The translations under genes and the position numbers were made by a program. A stretch of DNA of 64,000 nucleotides from Candidatus Omnitrophota bacterium (GTDB taxonomy: Bacteria; Omnitrophota; Gorgyraeia; Gygaellales; Profunditerraquicolaceae): contig JAQURX010000001.1 of assembly GCA_028715415.1 (NCBI GenBank), positions 154,584 to 218,583 on the forward strand, in the 5' to 3' direction. The first letter of the stretch is position 1. The number at the start of each line of letters is the position of its first letter. This document shows positions 19,678 through 28,234 of the stretch, in pieces. The notes below the pieces were generated by a model. That model searched no databases. It was given only the letters and a program-made list of their open reading frames with translations, and was not told the DNA's origin.

Positions 19678-20241
19678 ATGGACAAGAAAGAGATATACGA
19701 ACATTTAGCGAAAATCTATTTAGACGCCTCCGCAAAGAAGAAGAAAAAAATAAAAACCTTTCCAAAATTCTTTACGCATATAATTGTGGTGGTTGTCGTT
19801 ATTGTATTCGCTTCTAGTTTATTTTCCCTCAAGTTTTTCTTAAAAAAGAAACCAAATAAAACTGAAATTGCTTTAATTGTGCTTCCAGAAGCGACAAAAA
19901 TCAATTTCCATTTCAATCCGGCCAAGAAAGAAGTATTAAACATTAGTTTAAATAAGTTAAATTTATCACGTTATAATAGTTTAGTTTTTTCAGTTAAGAA
20001 TACAAATTATCGTGATAAGATTTCTCTTAGGGTTGAGTTTTCAAATTCATTTAAAGAAAAATCGGAAATTTATTTTAAAGAGATTCCTCATAAGTGGCAG
20101 GAATATAGGATTAATCTTGCTCAATTCAAAGGGGTGAATGATTGGACTGAGATGTCCGATTTATCTTTTTGTGTGGAAGAATGGAATGTTCTAGAAAAAA
20201 AAGGTGTTGTTTTTATAGATAATGTAAGATTCGTGAAATAA
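19678..20241 (+). CDS. Hypothetical membrane-anchored protein
   Basis: Single TM helix after a lysine-rich N-terminus. No recognisable motifs. Confidence 0.3.
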   Translation: MDKKEIYEHLAKIYLDASAKKKKKIKTFPKFFTHIIVVVVVIVFASSLFSLKFFLKKKPNKTEIALIVLPEATKINFHFNPAKKEVLNISLNKLNLSRYNSLVFSVKNTNYRDKISLRVEFSNSFKEKSEIYFKEIPHKWQEYRINLAQFKGVNDWTEMSDLSFCVEEWNVLEKKGVVFIDNVRFVK

Positions 20242-20260
20242 TAACAAGGGAGGGTTTGAT

Positions 20261-21355
20261 ATGCGCATTATTTCTGTTGCAAATCAAAAAGGTGGTTGTG
20301 GTAAGACTACCACGGCAATAAATTTAGCCGCTTCGTTATCAGCTAATAACAGAAAAGTTTTATTGGTGGACCTCGATCCTCAGGCGCATGCTACTTGTGG
20401 GCTTAATATTAAATTTTATTTAAGTATGTATAATGTTTTATCAAAGATTACCAATAAAAAAGCTAAGCTTGATGATATCATTCAAAAAGTTGATGATAAT
20501 TTTGATATAGCTCCTTCAAATATTGTCTTAAGTACGCTTGAGCAGGAATTAGCAGGCGAGATTGGAAGGGAGTTACGGCTTTGGGAGACTTTAAACAATC
20601 TTAAGACTGATTATGATTATATTATAATTGATTGCCCTCCAAACCTTGGAATCTTGACAATAAACGCAATTCGTGCATCAGGAGAGATAATCATACCGGT
20701 TGAGGCAAGTAGGTTCTCGTTAGAGGGAGTTGACCAGTTGGCTAGTATTGTTGATTTGGTCAGAGATAGGCTTTCTCATGAGGTAAAAACGAGGATTTTG
20801 GTAACTAATTTTGACTCAAGGCTGCGCCATTCGTTTACAATGCTTGATAAGATTAAGGTGGCATTTAAGGGTAAACTTTTTAGCAATATTGTCCATGTTA
20901 ACGTAAAATTAAAGGAAGCTCAAAATGACGGTGCCCATATTTTTAAATATGATAAATATTGCAGAGGCGCAAAAGATTATTTTAGCTTGGGCAGGGAAAT
21001 AATTACTCAAGAGAAAGCTACTAGTGTTTCTTTGGTGCTAGAAAAGAAAATGAACGAACTTTTAAAAGAAAATCTTCCAAGTTTGATTGAAGTCGGGTTT
21101 TCCGTGAATGCCCCAGAAGCAAAAGAAGTGCATATAGTTGGAGAATTCAATAATTGGAAAATTGATGAAGAAAGCAAGATGGTTAATGATGGCGGTGCTT
21201 GGAGAAAAAAGTTGAATTTGGGCAAAGGTAAATACCGTTATCGTTTTGTAGTTGATGGCGCTTGGATTGAAGATACCAGTAATCCACTAAAAGAGCTTAA
21301 CCCATACGGAACCGAAGATTCTTTGATTGAGGTTACGAATAATAATATTAAATAG
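20261..21355 (+). CDS. ParA/MinD-family ATPase fused to a C-terminal CBM48/AMPK-beta glycogen-binding domain
   Basis: Deviant Walker A ([16 protein letters not shown]). C-terminal ~90 aa match the CBM48 pattern ([10 protein letters not shown]...[17 protein letters not shown]). Confidence 0.75.
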   Translation: MRIISVANQKGGCGKTTTAINLAASLSANNRKVLLVDLDPQAHATCGLNIKFYLSMYNVLSKITNKKAKLDDIIQKVDDNFDIAPSNIVLSTLEQELAGEIGRELRLWETLNNLKTDYDYIIIDCPPNLGILTINAIRASGEIIIPVEASRFSLEGVDQLASIVDLVRDRLSHEVKTRILVTNFDSRLRHSFTMLDKIKVAFKGKLFSNIVHVNVKLKEAQNDGAHIFKYDKYCRGAKDYFSLGREIITQEKATSVSLVLEKKMNELLKENLPSLIEVGFSVNAPEAKEVHIVGEFNNWKIDEESKMVNDGGAWRKKLNLGKGKYRYRFVVDGAWIEDTSNPLKELNPYGTEDSLIEVTNNNIK

Positions 21356-21368
21356 AGTTTAGTCTTGC

Positions 21369-21701
21369 ATGGGTGATTCTGACAACCAGAGAGAAAAAGA
21401 TTTAAAAGAAGGAAGGTTTTTTGCTATTATCTCATACATGAGTTTTTTGTGTGTAATAAGCCTTCTATTAAAAAAAGAGAATAAATTTGTTCTTTTTCAT
21501 GCAAAACAAGGATTGGCGCTTTTTGTTCTTGAGGTGGCAAGCTTTATCCTTTCAGTTATACCTATTTTTAATTGGCTCATAGGTAGTATTGGCTTTGCAA
21601 TTTTTATGCTTATGTCCTTATGGGGGATTTATGGAGTTCTAAAGGGGCGCTGTAACCGCATAATTTTAGTCTCAAATATTGCAGAGAAAATTGTACTTTA
21701 G
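21369..21701 (+). CDS. Small integral membrane protein
   Basis: Three predicted TM helices. No recognisable motifs. Confidence 0.4.
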   Translation: MGDSDNQREKDLKEGRFFAIISYMSFLCVISLLLKKENKFVLFHAKQGLALFVLEVASFILSVIPIFNWLIGSIGFAIFMLMSLWGIYGVLKGRCNRIILVSNIAEKIVL

Positions 21702-21727
21702 GATAAGCGCTTTGCGGGAGGTGTGAA

Positions 21728-22123
21728 ATGGTAGTAAAAAAGAAAACAAAGAAAAAGGTTAAAATTACAAAAAGAAAAACATCTAAGGCAAAACTTGCTA
21801 AGAAAGTTGTTAAGAAGAAGCCTTCTGTTAAACCAAAGCTGAAGAAGTCAAAGGTTGTAATTAAAAAGAAGAATTCGCAAGGCAGCTTGATTGGCGTAAT
21901 AACGCATTATTTCCCGCATGTAAGGGCTGCAGTTGTTAAGATGAAGGCTCAGTTAGCTGCAGGAGATTCGATAAAAATAAAAGGGCATACTACAGATTTT
22001 ACGCAAGTAGCATCTTCTTTGCAGATAGATCGTTTACCAATTCAATTAGCTAAAAAAGGCGATGAAATAGGCCTTTTGGTTGAATCAAGAGTCAGAAGTG
22101 GAGATTTGGTTTATAAAGTTTAG
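21728..22123 (+). CDS. Lysine-rich histone H1-like protein with C-terminal beta-rich domain
   Basis: N-terminal ~60 aa of K/A/V repeats (KKKTKKKVKITKRK...). The C-terminal domain is not assigned. Confidence 0.4.
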   Translation: MVVKKKTKKKVKITKRKTSKAKLAKKVVKKKPSVKPKLKKSKVVIKKKNSQGSLIGVITHYFPHVRAAVVKMKAQLAAGDSIKIKGHTTDFTQVASSLQIDRLPIQLAKKGDEIGLLVESRVRSGDLVYKV

Positions 22124-22150
22124 CATTATTCTTAAAAGAGAGGGGGAAGA

Positions 22151-22333
22151 ATGAGACTTTCAGAGATTGAAAAGAAAGCAAGTAATTTAGGCATAAAAGA
22201 TTACCGTAAACTCTCCAAGAAAGATTTAATTAAAGCTATCCAGAAAAAAGAAGGAAATTTTGATTGTTTTGGTAGTGCTAAAAAAAGTTGCAGCCAGACA
22301 GCTTGCTGTTGGATTAGTGATTGCGTAAAATAA
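22151..22333 (+). CDS. Small protein with Rho-N/SAP-like N-terminal motif and Cys-rich tail
   Basis: LSEIEKKASNLGIKDYRKLSKKDLIKAIQ resembles the Rho_N helix-extended-helix motif. C-terminal CFGS...CSQTACCW..DC. Confidence 0.3.
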   Translation: MRLSEIEKKASNLGIKDYRKLSKKDLIKAIQKKEGNFDCFGSAKKSCSQTACCWISDCVK

Positions 22334-22360
22334 AGCTTAAGCGTAAAAAAAGGATAAATA

Positions 22361-22546
22361 ATGAAATATAGGTGTCAAATTTGCGAAAGAGATATTGATG
22401 ATTTTGTAAGCATTGCTCATGCAAAGGCAGAAGAGTATTTAATTGAGTTGATTAGGCGCGATCACCCTGAATGGAAAGAAACCGGTCAAAACTGCCACAA
22501 ATGCGTTGAGTATTACCGAAAGCTCGTTAAAGAAACTGAGATTTAA
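22361..22546 (+). CDS. Small zinc-ribbon protein
   Basis: CxxC...H..CxxC spacing (CQICE ... CHKCVEYY). Confidence 0.3.
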   Translation: MKYRCQICERDIDDFVSIAHAKAEEYLIELIRRDHPEWKETGQNCHKCVEYYRKLVKETEI

Positions 22547-22554
22547 TTTTTTTT

Positions 22555-22585
22555 AAGGCCTGATTTTTTTTCAGGCCTTTAAAAT
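22555..22585 (+). terminator. Hairpin terminator candidate
   Basis: aaggcctga-tttttttt-tcaggcctt stem-loop directly after the stop codon. Confidence 0.5.
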
Positions 22586-22665
22586 TGGCTATTTTTGGGT
22601 AAGTACTCATAATAACTAGGGCGTTAAATGTAAGTAGATTTAAGTAAAAGAAAGGTATTATAAGT

Positions 22666-23001
22666 ATGCAGCAGCGAGGAAGGCCTAAGAAGTATAGGAT
22701 AGTGAGATTGGACCCAAGAATAAGTCAATTTAGCCCAAGGGGCCGCCCGGGAAGGCCTGATGAGATTAACTTGACTATGGATGAGTTTGAGGCAATAAGG
22801 CTTGCTGATTATATGGGAATTAGCCAAAAAGAGGCGTCAAAGTCCATGAGAATATCCCAGCAGACCTTTAGCCGGGTATTAAAAAAAGCAAGGAAATTAG
22901 TCGCAAATTTTTTAATTAACGGCACTATAATTAAAATACAAGGCGGCCAATATGTAATTAGTTCCCGTGATGATTTACTCAAAGATTATGATTCAAGGTA
23001 A
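22666..23001 (+). CDS. DUF134/UPF0251 family predicted DNA-binding protein
   Basis: Family signature (RPKKYRIVRLDPRISQFSPRG...LTMDEFEAIRLADYMGISQKEASKSMRISQQTFSRVLKKARKLVA). Confidence 0.6.
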   Translation: MQQRGRPKKYRIVRLDPRISQFSPRGRPGRPDEINLTMDEFEAIRLADYMGISQKEASKSMRISQQTFSRVLKKARKLVANFLINGTIIKIQGGQYVISSRDDLLKDYDSR

Positions 23002-23083
23002 AGAAGCCCACCAAAAAGCCACCAAAGTAAGAAGTACTTAATCCTTAAATACCCGAATTGGTACCAGAAATGAATATAAAACA

Positions 23084-23111
23084 ACTTCCTATAATATATC
23101 TTATGTTAACT
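23084..23111 (+). other. Candidate dif site (XerC/XerD chromosome dimer resolution site)
   Basis: ACTTCCTATAA-TATATC-TTATGTTAACT. Closely matches the dif consensus (XerD arm TTATGTTAAAT in E. coli). From memory it is also very close to the Bacillus subtilis dif ACTTCCTAGAATATATATTATGTAAACT. It sits exactly where gene orientation switches from + to -. Confidence 0.65.
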
Positions 23112-23289
23112 TGAGTATAGGTGAAAGATTGAATTTAACCCTTTTGCTTATATGTGGTTATGGTAATCCGATTTTTAGCTGTGGAAAACCCGTTTTCCAT
23201 TTACTTATGCTTACTTATTATATTCTTGCCTTACATTCTACTGAAGAAACATGAAAATATATAATTAGATTTACTCTGGATTTGTGCTC

Positions 23290-24432
23290 TTACATTTTCC
23301 TGGTGAAAGCGGTTATTGCAGGATAGATTAAGTTATCGCCATAGCGGTTGTTTATCTTATCAACGGCTTTTATAAGCGCTTCCCTTCTTTGATCCTCTTT
23401 GAATAAAAAGGTATAATTCTGTTCTTGAAGCTTACTGCAATTTACCCCTATCGCTCTTATTTTTGGCTTATTTTGGGCTGTTTTATCCATGATTTTTAGG
23501 CATCTTTCGCAGATTACACATCCATCATTGGTAGCTTCTTGATAGGTTTTTTGGGCCCCAAAATTGCCTATTTCTGGGCCATTTAGCCAAAGATGCACAG
23601 TTGAGGCTGTTAGATTACTGCTTCTTAAGCGCTCTGCAACCATCTCGGATAAAAGCCTGATCCAAGCTTTTATAAATACCGGGTTTTGTGAGGCCATGGG
23701 AAACGTATATGAATGGCTTATTGATTTAGGTTTTGGCTCATTGCTTAAGTCAAAATGCCCATTTGAGTGCAGTGATCCGTAAATGTTAAGGCCGTATTGG
23801 CCCAATCTTTCTTTTAAGAAGCTTGGGTTTTTCTGGTATAAATCAAGGCAGGTTTTAATGCCTGATTCATATAATGCTTGCCCAATTTTTCCTCCCATTC
23901 CGCAGAGTTTATTAATTGTAGTTTTATCTAGGATAAGGTTTAAATTTTCTTCGGTTAGTATAGTTATGCCTTTTGGTTTTTTTATTTTTGAGGCAAGTTT
24001 TGCCAGTATCCAGTTTTTTGCTATACCTATTGAAGCTGTGATGTTAAAGTTCTTAAATATTTCTTCTTGAATTTCTTCGGCTACGGTTCTCAAATCAGGT
24101 GTGTTAGGGATGTCTATTTGAAATTCATCAATTGAGGCATAGTTAACTGCAAATCCATATTCTTTGAGTAATTCTAAAATTTGCGTGGATGTCCAGATAT
24201 ACTTTGACTGGTCTGCTGCTACAAATTCTAAGTTTGGGCATATTTTAAAAGCTTCAGCTGAGGTCATTCCTGAAGAAATTCCGTATGCTTTGGCTTCATA
24301 GCTTGCAGCGCAAACTACAGTATGCATTTTGTTTCCACGCGAACCTACAATCAGGGGTTTATTTTTTAATTTAGGATTAATTGCCTGCTCAATAGATGCA
24401 AAAAAAGCATCCATATCAATATGAATAATCAT
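23290..24432 (-). CDS. dinB: Y-family DNA polymerase IV
   Basis: N-terminal catalytic motif (MIIHIDMDAFFASIEQ). Y-family palm/fingers/little-finger length. Lies in an operon downstream of lexA. Confidence 0.85.
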   Translation of the reverse strand: MIIHIDMDAFFASIEQAINPKLKNKPLIVGSRGNKMHTVVCAASYEAKAYGISSGMTSAEAFKICPNLEFVAADQSKYIWTSTQILELLKEYGFAVNYASIDEFQIDIPNTPDLRTVAEEIQEEIFKNFNITASIGIAKNWILAKLASKIKKPKGITILTEENLNLILDKTTINKLCGMGGKIGQALYESGIKTCLDLYQKNPSFLKERLGQYGLNIYGSLHSNGHFDLSNEPKPKSISHSYTFPMASQNPVFIKAWIRLLSEMVAERLRSSNLTASTVHLWLNGPEIGNFGAQKTYQEATNDGCVICERCLKIMDKTAQNKPKIRAIGVNCSKLQEQNYTFLFKEDQRREALIKAVDKINNRYGDNLIYPAITAFTRKM

Positions 24433-24436
24433 GTTT

Positions 24437-24751
24437 TTAATGTAATATTTTATTAATTCGCCAGCCGAATGTGGTATTGTTGAAGGAAATTTGGTAGGTA
24501 TCTAGTGCTGTGGTTACGGAAAAATAAATTATTGTTTCTTTGCCGGATTTTTCCTGCCAGGTGAAATTAGTTTTTTCAATCTCATATTGTTTTTTGTTCC
24601 ATATGAATGTGTGCGGATAAATTTTAGCGTTTCTAAACCAGCTTAAGACTTCAATTTTTTCGTCTAAAGCATCTGTATTGGTATTGTAATCTGTTTGCGG
24701 GATATTTCTATCCCAGCGTGCCTTTGGGCTAAATCCGGATGGTATTTCCAT
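24437..24751 (-). CDS. Hypothetical protein cotranscribed with lexA and dinB
   Basis: Tight spacing of 12 bp and 5 bp to its neighbours. No recognisable motifs. Confidence 0.4.
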   Translation of the reverse strand: MEIPSGFSPKARWDRNIPQTDYNTNTDALDEKIEVLSWFRNAKIYPHTFIWNKKQYEIEKTNFTWQEKSGKETIIYFSVTTALDTYQISFNNTTFGWRINKILH

Positions 24752-24762
24752 GGGCGCAAGCT

Positions 24763-25356
24763 CTAGTATTTTCTTATTACGGTGATTAATTTCCCGATTA
24801 CAGTAAAATCTTTGCGTATGGGCTCGTAATTTTTGTTTGCAGGTTCCAGGTATATTCCTTTAGTATTATTAATAAGCCTTTTTAGGGTTACTTCATTGTT
24901 TTCTAAAAGTGCTGCGATAATATCTCCATTTTCAGCATCAGGTTTCTTTTTAATAATTGCAAAGTCTCCTTGGATTATTCCTGCATCAATCATGCTGTCG
25001 CCAGTTACTTTTAAGGCAAAAACATCATCATAACTTAAGCGTCCAAGAAATAAATCGTTTGGATCAATATAGCCTTGTATATCTTCGTAGGCTACGTTGG
25101 GTTTACCTGCAGCTATGGAGCCTAATATAGGAATTTTCCCAAAGTTGCTATTAGTTAATTCAATGCCGCGTGATTTAAGATTTGTGCGTTTAAGGTAGCC
25201 TTTGTTTTCCAAAACAGCTAAATAATCTCTTACTGTCCCGGTTGAAGAAAAATCTAAGGCTTTGGCAATTTCCCTTATTGTTGGCGGAAGGCGCTTCTGG
25301 ATTCTTTGTTGAATGAAGTTTAGGACTTTTTGTTGTTTAGGGGTAAGTTCTTCCAT
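24763..25356 (-). CDS. lexA: LexA repressor
   Basis: N-terminal winged HTH (MEELTPKQQKVLNFIQ). C-terminal S24 peptidase with Ser (GDSM) and Lys (IKKKP) and the Ala-Gly cleavage site (SIAAGKP). The start is set at an internal Met so that the upstream palindrome is intergenic. Confidence 0.85.
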   Translation of the reverse strand: MEELTPKQQKVLNFIQQRIQKRLPPTIREIAKALDFSSTGTVRDYLAVLENKGYLKRTNLKSRGIELTNSNFGKIPILGSIAAGKPNVAYEDIQGYIDPNDLFLGRLSYDDVFALKVTGDSMIDAGIIQGDFAIIKKKPDAENGDIIAALLENNEVTLKRLINNTKGIYLEPANKNYEPIRKDFTVIGKLITVIRKY

Positions 25357-25369
25357 GGGTAGGAATATA

Positions 25370-25385
25370 CCACACATTTGTGTGG
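25370..25385 (-). promoter_or_regulatory. Candidate LexA operator (perfect palindrome)
   Basis: CCACACATTTGTGTGG, 14-29 bp upstream of the proposed lexA start. Confidence 0.5.
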
Positions 25386-25435
25386 TCTGTCAAGGGTTTT
25401 CTTAAAATAATAACCCCTCTCCCCTGCCGTATTTT

Positions 25436-25936
25436 TTACTTGGATTTAGTTAAATCAATCATTTTTACCTTGCCATGAATGGTAGAGGAGGCCGGATATG
25501 TCAGGGTAGCTAGTTTTTCGGTAGCCCCCCTTATGCGTTCACAGTTATCTTTTATGGCTGTAAGCTTAGTTTTTATTTCTTCGGTAGTTTTATCTAAGTC
25601 AAGCTCTAAAAGTTCAAGGTTGCCTCTTATAACAAAAAGCGGGTTGTTAATTTCATGGCTTAATGCCAGGGTGGTCTGTACTACAGTAGTTAATTTATTC
25701 TTTTCTATCACATCTTGCATCATGGACCAGAATAGTTTTTTTCCAACAAAAATACCCAGCATAAAGATTATTACCGTAGTAAACATTATGTACCCAACTT
25801 CTCCGGAGAATATCTTAAATGATGCAACCTTATTTACAAGAAGATAAACACATACCAAGAGCGGTATTATGCCGGTTAGGCATATTGAAGTAGTAAATTC
25901 ATTTTTTTTCTTATTTATAAGTTCTTTTGTTTCCAT
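25436..25936 (-). CDS. Membrane protein with HisKA (DHp) domain only; no HATPase_c catalytic domain
   Basis: Two TM helices then an H-box (LSHEINNPLFVIRGNLELLE). The protein ends ~60 aa later. Confidence 0.5.
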   Translation of the reverse strand: METKELINKKKNEFTTSICLTGIIPLLVCVYLLVNKVASFKIFSGEVGYIMFTTVIIFMLGIFVGKKLFWSMMQDVIEKNKLTTVVQTTLALSHEINNPLFVIRGNLELLELDLDKTTEEIKTKLTAIKDNCERIRGATEKLATLTYPASSTIHGKVKMIDLTKSK

Positions 25937-25969
25937 TTAAAGCCTCCTGTGCAGGGGGGATAAGTGGTG

Positions 25970-26437
25970 TTATTTTTCCCAATTATTTACATCGTCTTCA
26001 TTGCCTTCAGTGGCATCTTTTCCTGATGAATATAAATCATAATCTTTTCTGTTGGTGCCCGGGCTTTTGTAATGATAAGGATTACCCCATGGGTCAAGCG
26101 GCTTTTTCTCTAAATATGGGCCTTTCCAGTTTTTTGCCGAAGAGGGCGCGGTTATAAGAGCTTCAAGCCCCTCTTCTGTGGTTGGGAAAGCGCCGTTATC
26201 TAGTTCATACATCTTAAGCGCAGTAGCTATGTTAAGCTCGACATCAGCTTTGGCAACTCCTTTTCTTGCTTCTTCGGATCTGCCTGTTAACCTCGGCACG
26301 ACCATTGCTGCTAAAACACCTATAATAATGACTACTAACATCAGCTCTACCAGGGTAAAAGCTTTTCTTTTTAACATTTTTTCCTCCATTGTCACTTTAG
26401 TATTCAATCCAATTCCTGATCTTTCCTTTATCATCAA
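25970..26437 (-). CDS. gspG: Type II secretion major pseudopilin GspG
   Basis: Prepilin N-terminus (MLKRKAFTLVELMLVVIIIGVLAAM) with Glu+5. GspG C-terminal pattern (WKGPYL...DPWGNPYHY). The probable true start is an internal Met (~26377). Confidence 0.8.
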   Translation of the reverse strand: MMIKERSGIGLNTKVTMEEKMLKRKAFTLVELMLVVIIIGVLAAMVVPRLTGRSEEARKGVAKADVELNIATALKMYELDNGAFPTTEEGLEALITAPSSAKNWKGPYLEKKPLDPWGNPYHYKSPGTNRKDYDLYSSGKDATEGNEDDVNNWEK

Positions 26438-27299
26438 GGGTTATCTCGTATTTCATTGTTGAGTTATCTAAGATCTTGCCATCTGCTTTAATGGTAAAAC
26501 TACTGGATTTTACATCGATAGTGCTGTTTCCAACCAAGCTTGCCAGTAGAAGTTCTTCTTCGGTTGAGAGACTGCTGAATGAATTTAATTTGCTAATTAC
26601 CTCAGAGGTGTTTTCAAAGAAATTGTCGTCTTTGGTTGCCTCTTTGTTATCTGGACCATTACGGAATTCAATTATTGTTTTAGCCAAGCTATCGCTTAGC
26701 CCTAAGGCTTTTAATGCTTCTGTGCCAGCAGTGTTGATGTTAACTTTTCCATTACCATATATTGTAATACTATTCTTACAGGAATCAAAAACTTTTTCCT
26801 CGAAATCTTCAATATTCAAAAGTTCTTCTTTCACTCTTAATGGCTGTTTTGACCTGTAGGCAATTATTGATTCAGCTAGCTTTTGGCTGGCCGCATCGGA
26901 TAAATCAGAGGTGTTTTGTAATAGCCTTTCAATTATGTTTTGGCTGGCAGAATTCATATTAATTTTGCTTTCTTCGTCAACCAATACATAAGTTAACTTT
27001 CCTTTGCCAATTGCTATCTCTTTTTCTTCTCTTAGATTGTACAGATTGTCGTAAGCATGCTGAGTTTTTTCACCTTTTGCTTCTTTGTGATTTGCCATGT
27101 AGACGCAAGCAGCAAGTGCAAGATGCCTCGGCAGTATCCTGCCTTCTGTGCGGCGCGCTAATCTGATCTGAGTTGATATTATGTTGTATAATCCGAGAGA
27201 TAGTATTAGAAAGAAAGCTAGTACCCAGATTGAGACAACAAGGATGCTTCCCGAATTATGATATCGGTATTGGGATTGTTTTGGTGAATTCTTTATCAT
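26397..27299 (-). CDS. gspK: Type II secretion minor pseudopilin GspK
   Basis: N-terminal hydrophobic helix. GspK hallmark YVLVDEESKINMNSAS. Helix-hairpin-helix VNINTAGTEALKALGL. Confidence 0.7.
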   Translation of the reverse strand: MIKNSPKQSQYRYHNSGSILVVSIWVLAFFLILSLGLYNIISTQIRLARRTEGRILPRHLALAACVYMANHKEAKGEKTQHAYDNLYNLREEKEIAIGKGKLTYVLVDEESKINMNSASQNIIERLLQNTSDLSDAASQKLAESIIAYRSKQPLRVKEELLNIEDFEEKVFDSCKNSITIYGNGKVNINTAGTEALKALGLSDSLAKTIIEFRNGPDNKEATKDDNFFENTSEVISKLNSFSSLSTEEELLLASLVGNSTIDVKSSSFTIKADGKILDNSTMKYEITLDDKGKIRNWIEY

Positions 27300-27825
27300 T
27301 GTATTTAGCGGTAATTTTTAGCGCAAGAAACATTCCATTTTCTGGCTTCCAGCTTTCTGACCAGATGAAGGTTTTTTTAGCCTTATCGTAGGATAAACAA
27401 CTTACTGAAAAGCTTGTCATGTCCATGATTTTTTCTTCCAAGCCTTCTTTCTCGCTATCCTTACTGATATCTTTTAAATCAATTTGGCTGCGCATTAGAG
27501 CTTTTGAATTTTCGTCAAATCTATATAATATTTTGACAATTTTATTATTTATAATTGAAGGGAATGAAAATCCGCTAATGCTTCCGGAGTCTTGAGTTTC
27601 AGGATTAACAGCAAAACCGATCTCTTTTATATCAACGCTTTGTTGTAATTCTTTTGATATCTTTTCAAAAACAAGGATTGCTTCATTATAGTCTTTACTT
27701 AAATCCTGCGCACGCCTCCATATTTTTACTCCTGAAACAAAACTTGTCGCAATGCCTGTTCCGATAATTGCGAAAATTACTGTTACAACTAAAGTTTCAA
27801 CGAGAGTGAAGCCTTTGTGCCTCAT
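27256..27825 (-). CDS. gspJ: Minor pseudopilin (GspJ-like)
   Basis: Prepilin N-terminus (MRHKGFTLVETLVVTVIFAIIG). Size and position between the GspI and GspK genes. Confidence 0.55.
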   Translation of the reverse strand: MRHKGFTLVETLVVTVIFAIIGTGIATSFVSGVKIWRRAQDLSKDYNEAILVFEKISKELQQSVDIKEIGFAVNPETQDSGSISGFSFPSIINNKIVKILYRFDENSKALMRSQIDLKDISKDSEKEGLEEKIMDMTSFSVSCLSYDKAKKTFIWSESWKPENGMFLALKITAKYNDKEFTKTIPIPIS

Positions 27826-27826
27826 A

Positions 27827-28228
27827 TTATTTGCTCGCTTTTTTGCTTAAAAGGTATGTTCCTAAAGAAGCATCCTTTTTATTATTTCCTTGTTCCCATG
27901 AAACGCTGATTTGAAAATCAGTTATATTTTCTTCCAGTTCTTGAGCATTCCAGTTTAAATCCCCAATGCCCTCGTCTTTTGCTTGCGTTTGTTTTTCCGT
28001 TAAGAGCCCAAGTATATCCTGGTCTGAGGAATCAAATCCGTCTTTTGCCTGAGACCTTTTTTCTACTTCCGAGAGGACATTGTCAATGAATTCTACTTTT
28101 TGAACAATGCTATTAGAATAATCAAGTGCGGAAACAGCGCTTAGTAATGAACGCGCAATTCCTACCAGGCCGATTGCCAATATGCAGGTCGCTACCATAA
28201 GCTCAACCAATGTAAAAGCTTTTTTCAT
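27827..28228 (-). CDS. gspI: Minor pseudopilin (GspI/GspH-like)
   Basis: Prepilin N-terminus (MKKAFTLVELMVATCILAIG). 133 aa. Confidence 0.55.
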   Translation of the reverse strand: MKKAFTLVELMVATCILAIGLVGIARSLLSAVSALDYSNSIVQKVEFIDNVLSEVEKRSQAKDGFDSSDQDILGLLTEKQTQAKDEGIGDLNWNAQELEENITDFQISVSWEQGNNKKDASLGTYLLSKKASK

Positions 28229-28234
28229 AAAATT

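Noticed and set aside
19620-19817. ORF 19620..19817 overlapping the start of 19678..20241
   Set aside because: It is a frame-shifted overlap with the longer ORF, which has a better context. There is a homopolymer A-run at 19735..19760, so a sequencing-induced frameshift cannot be excluded. Not called.
23783-24070. Plus-strand ORFs 23564..23782 and 23783..24070 inside dinB
   Set aside because: They are antisense to a confidently identified Y-family polymerase gene.
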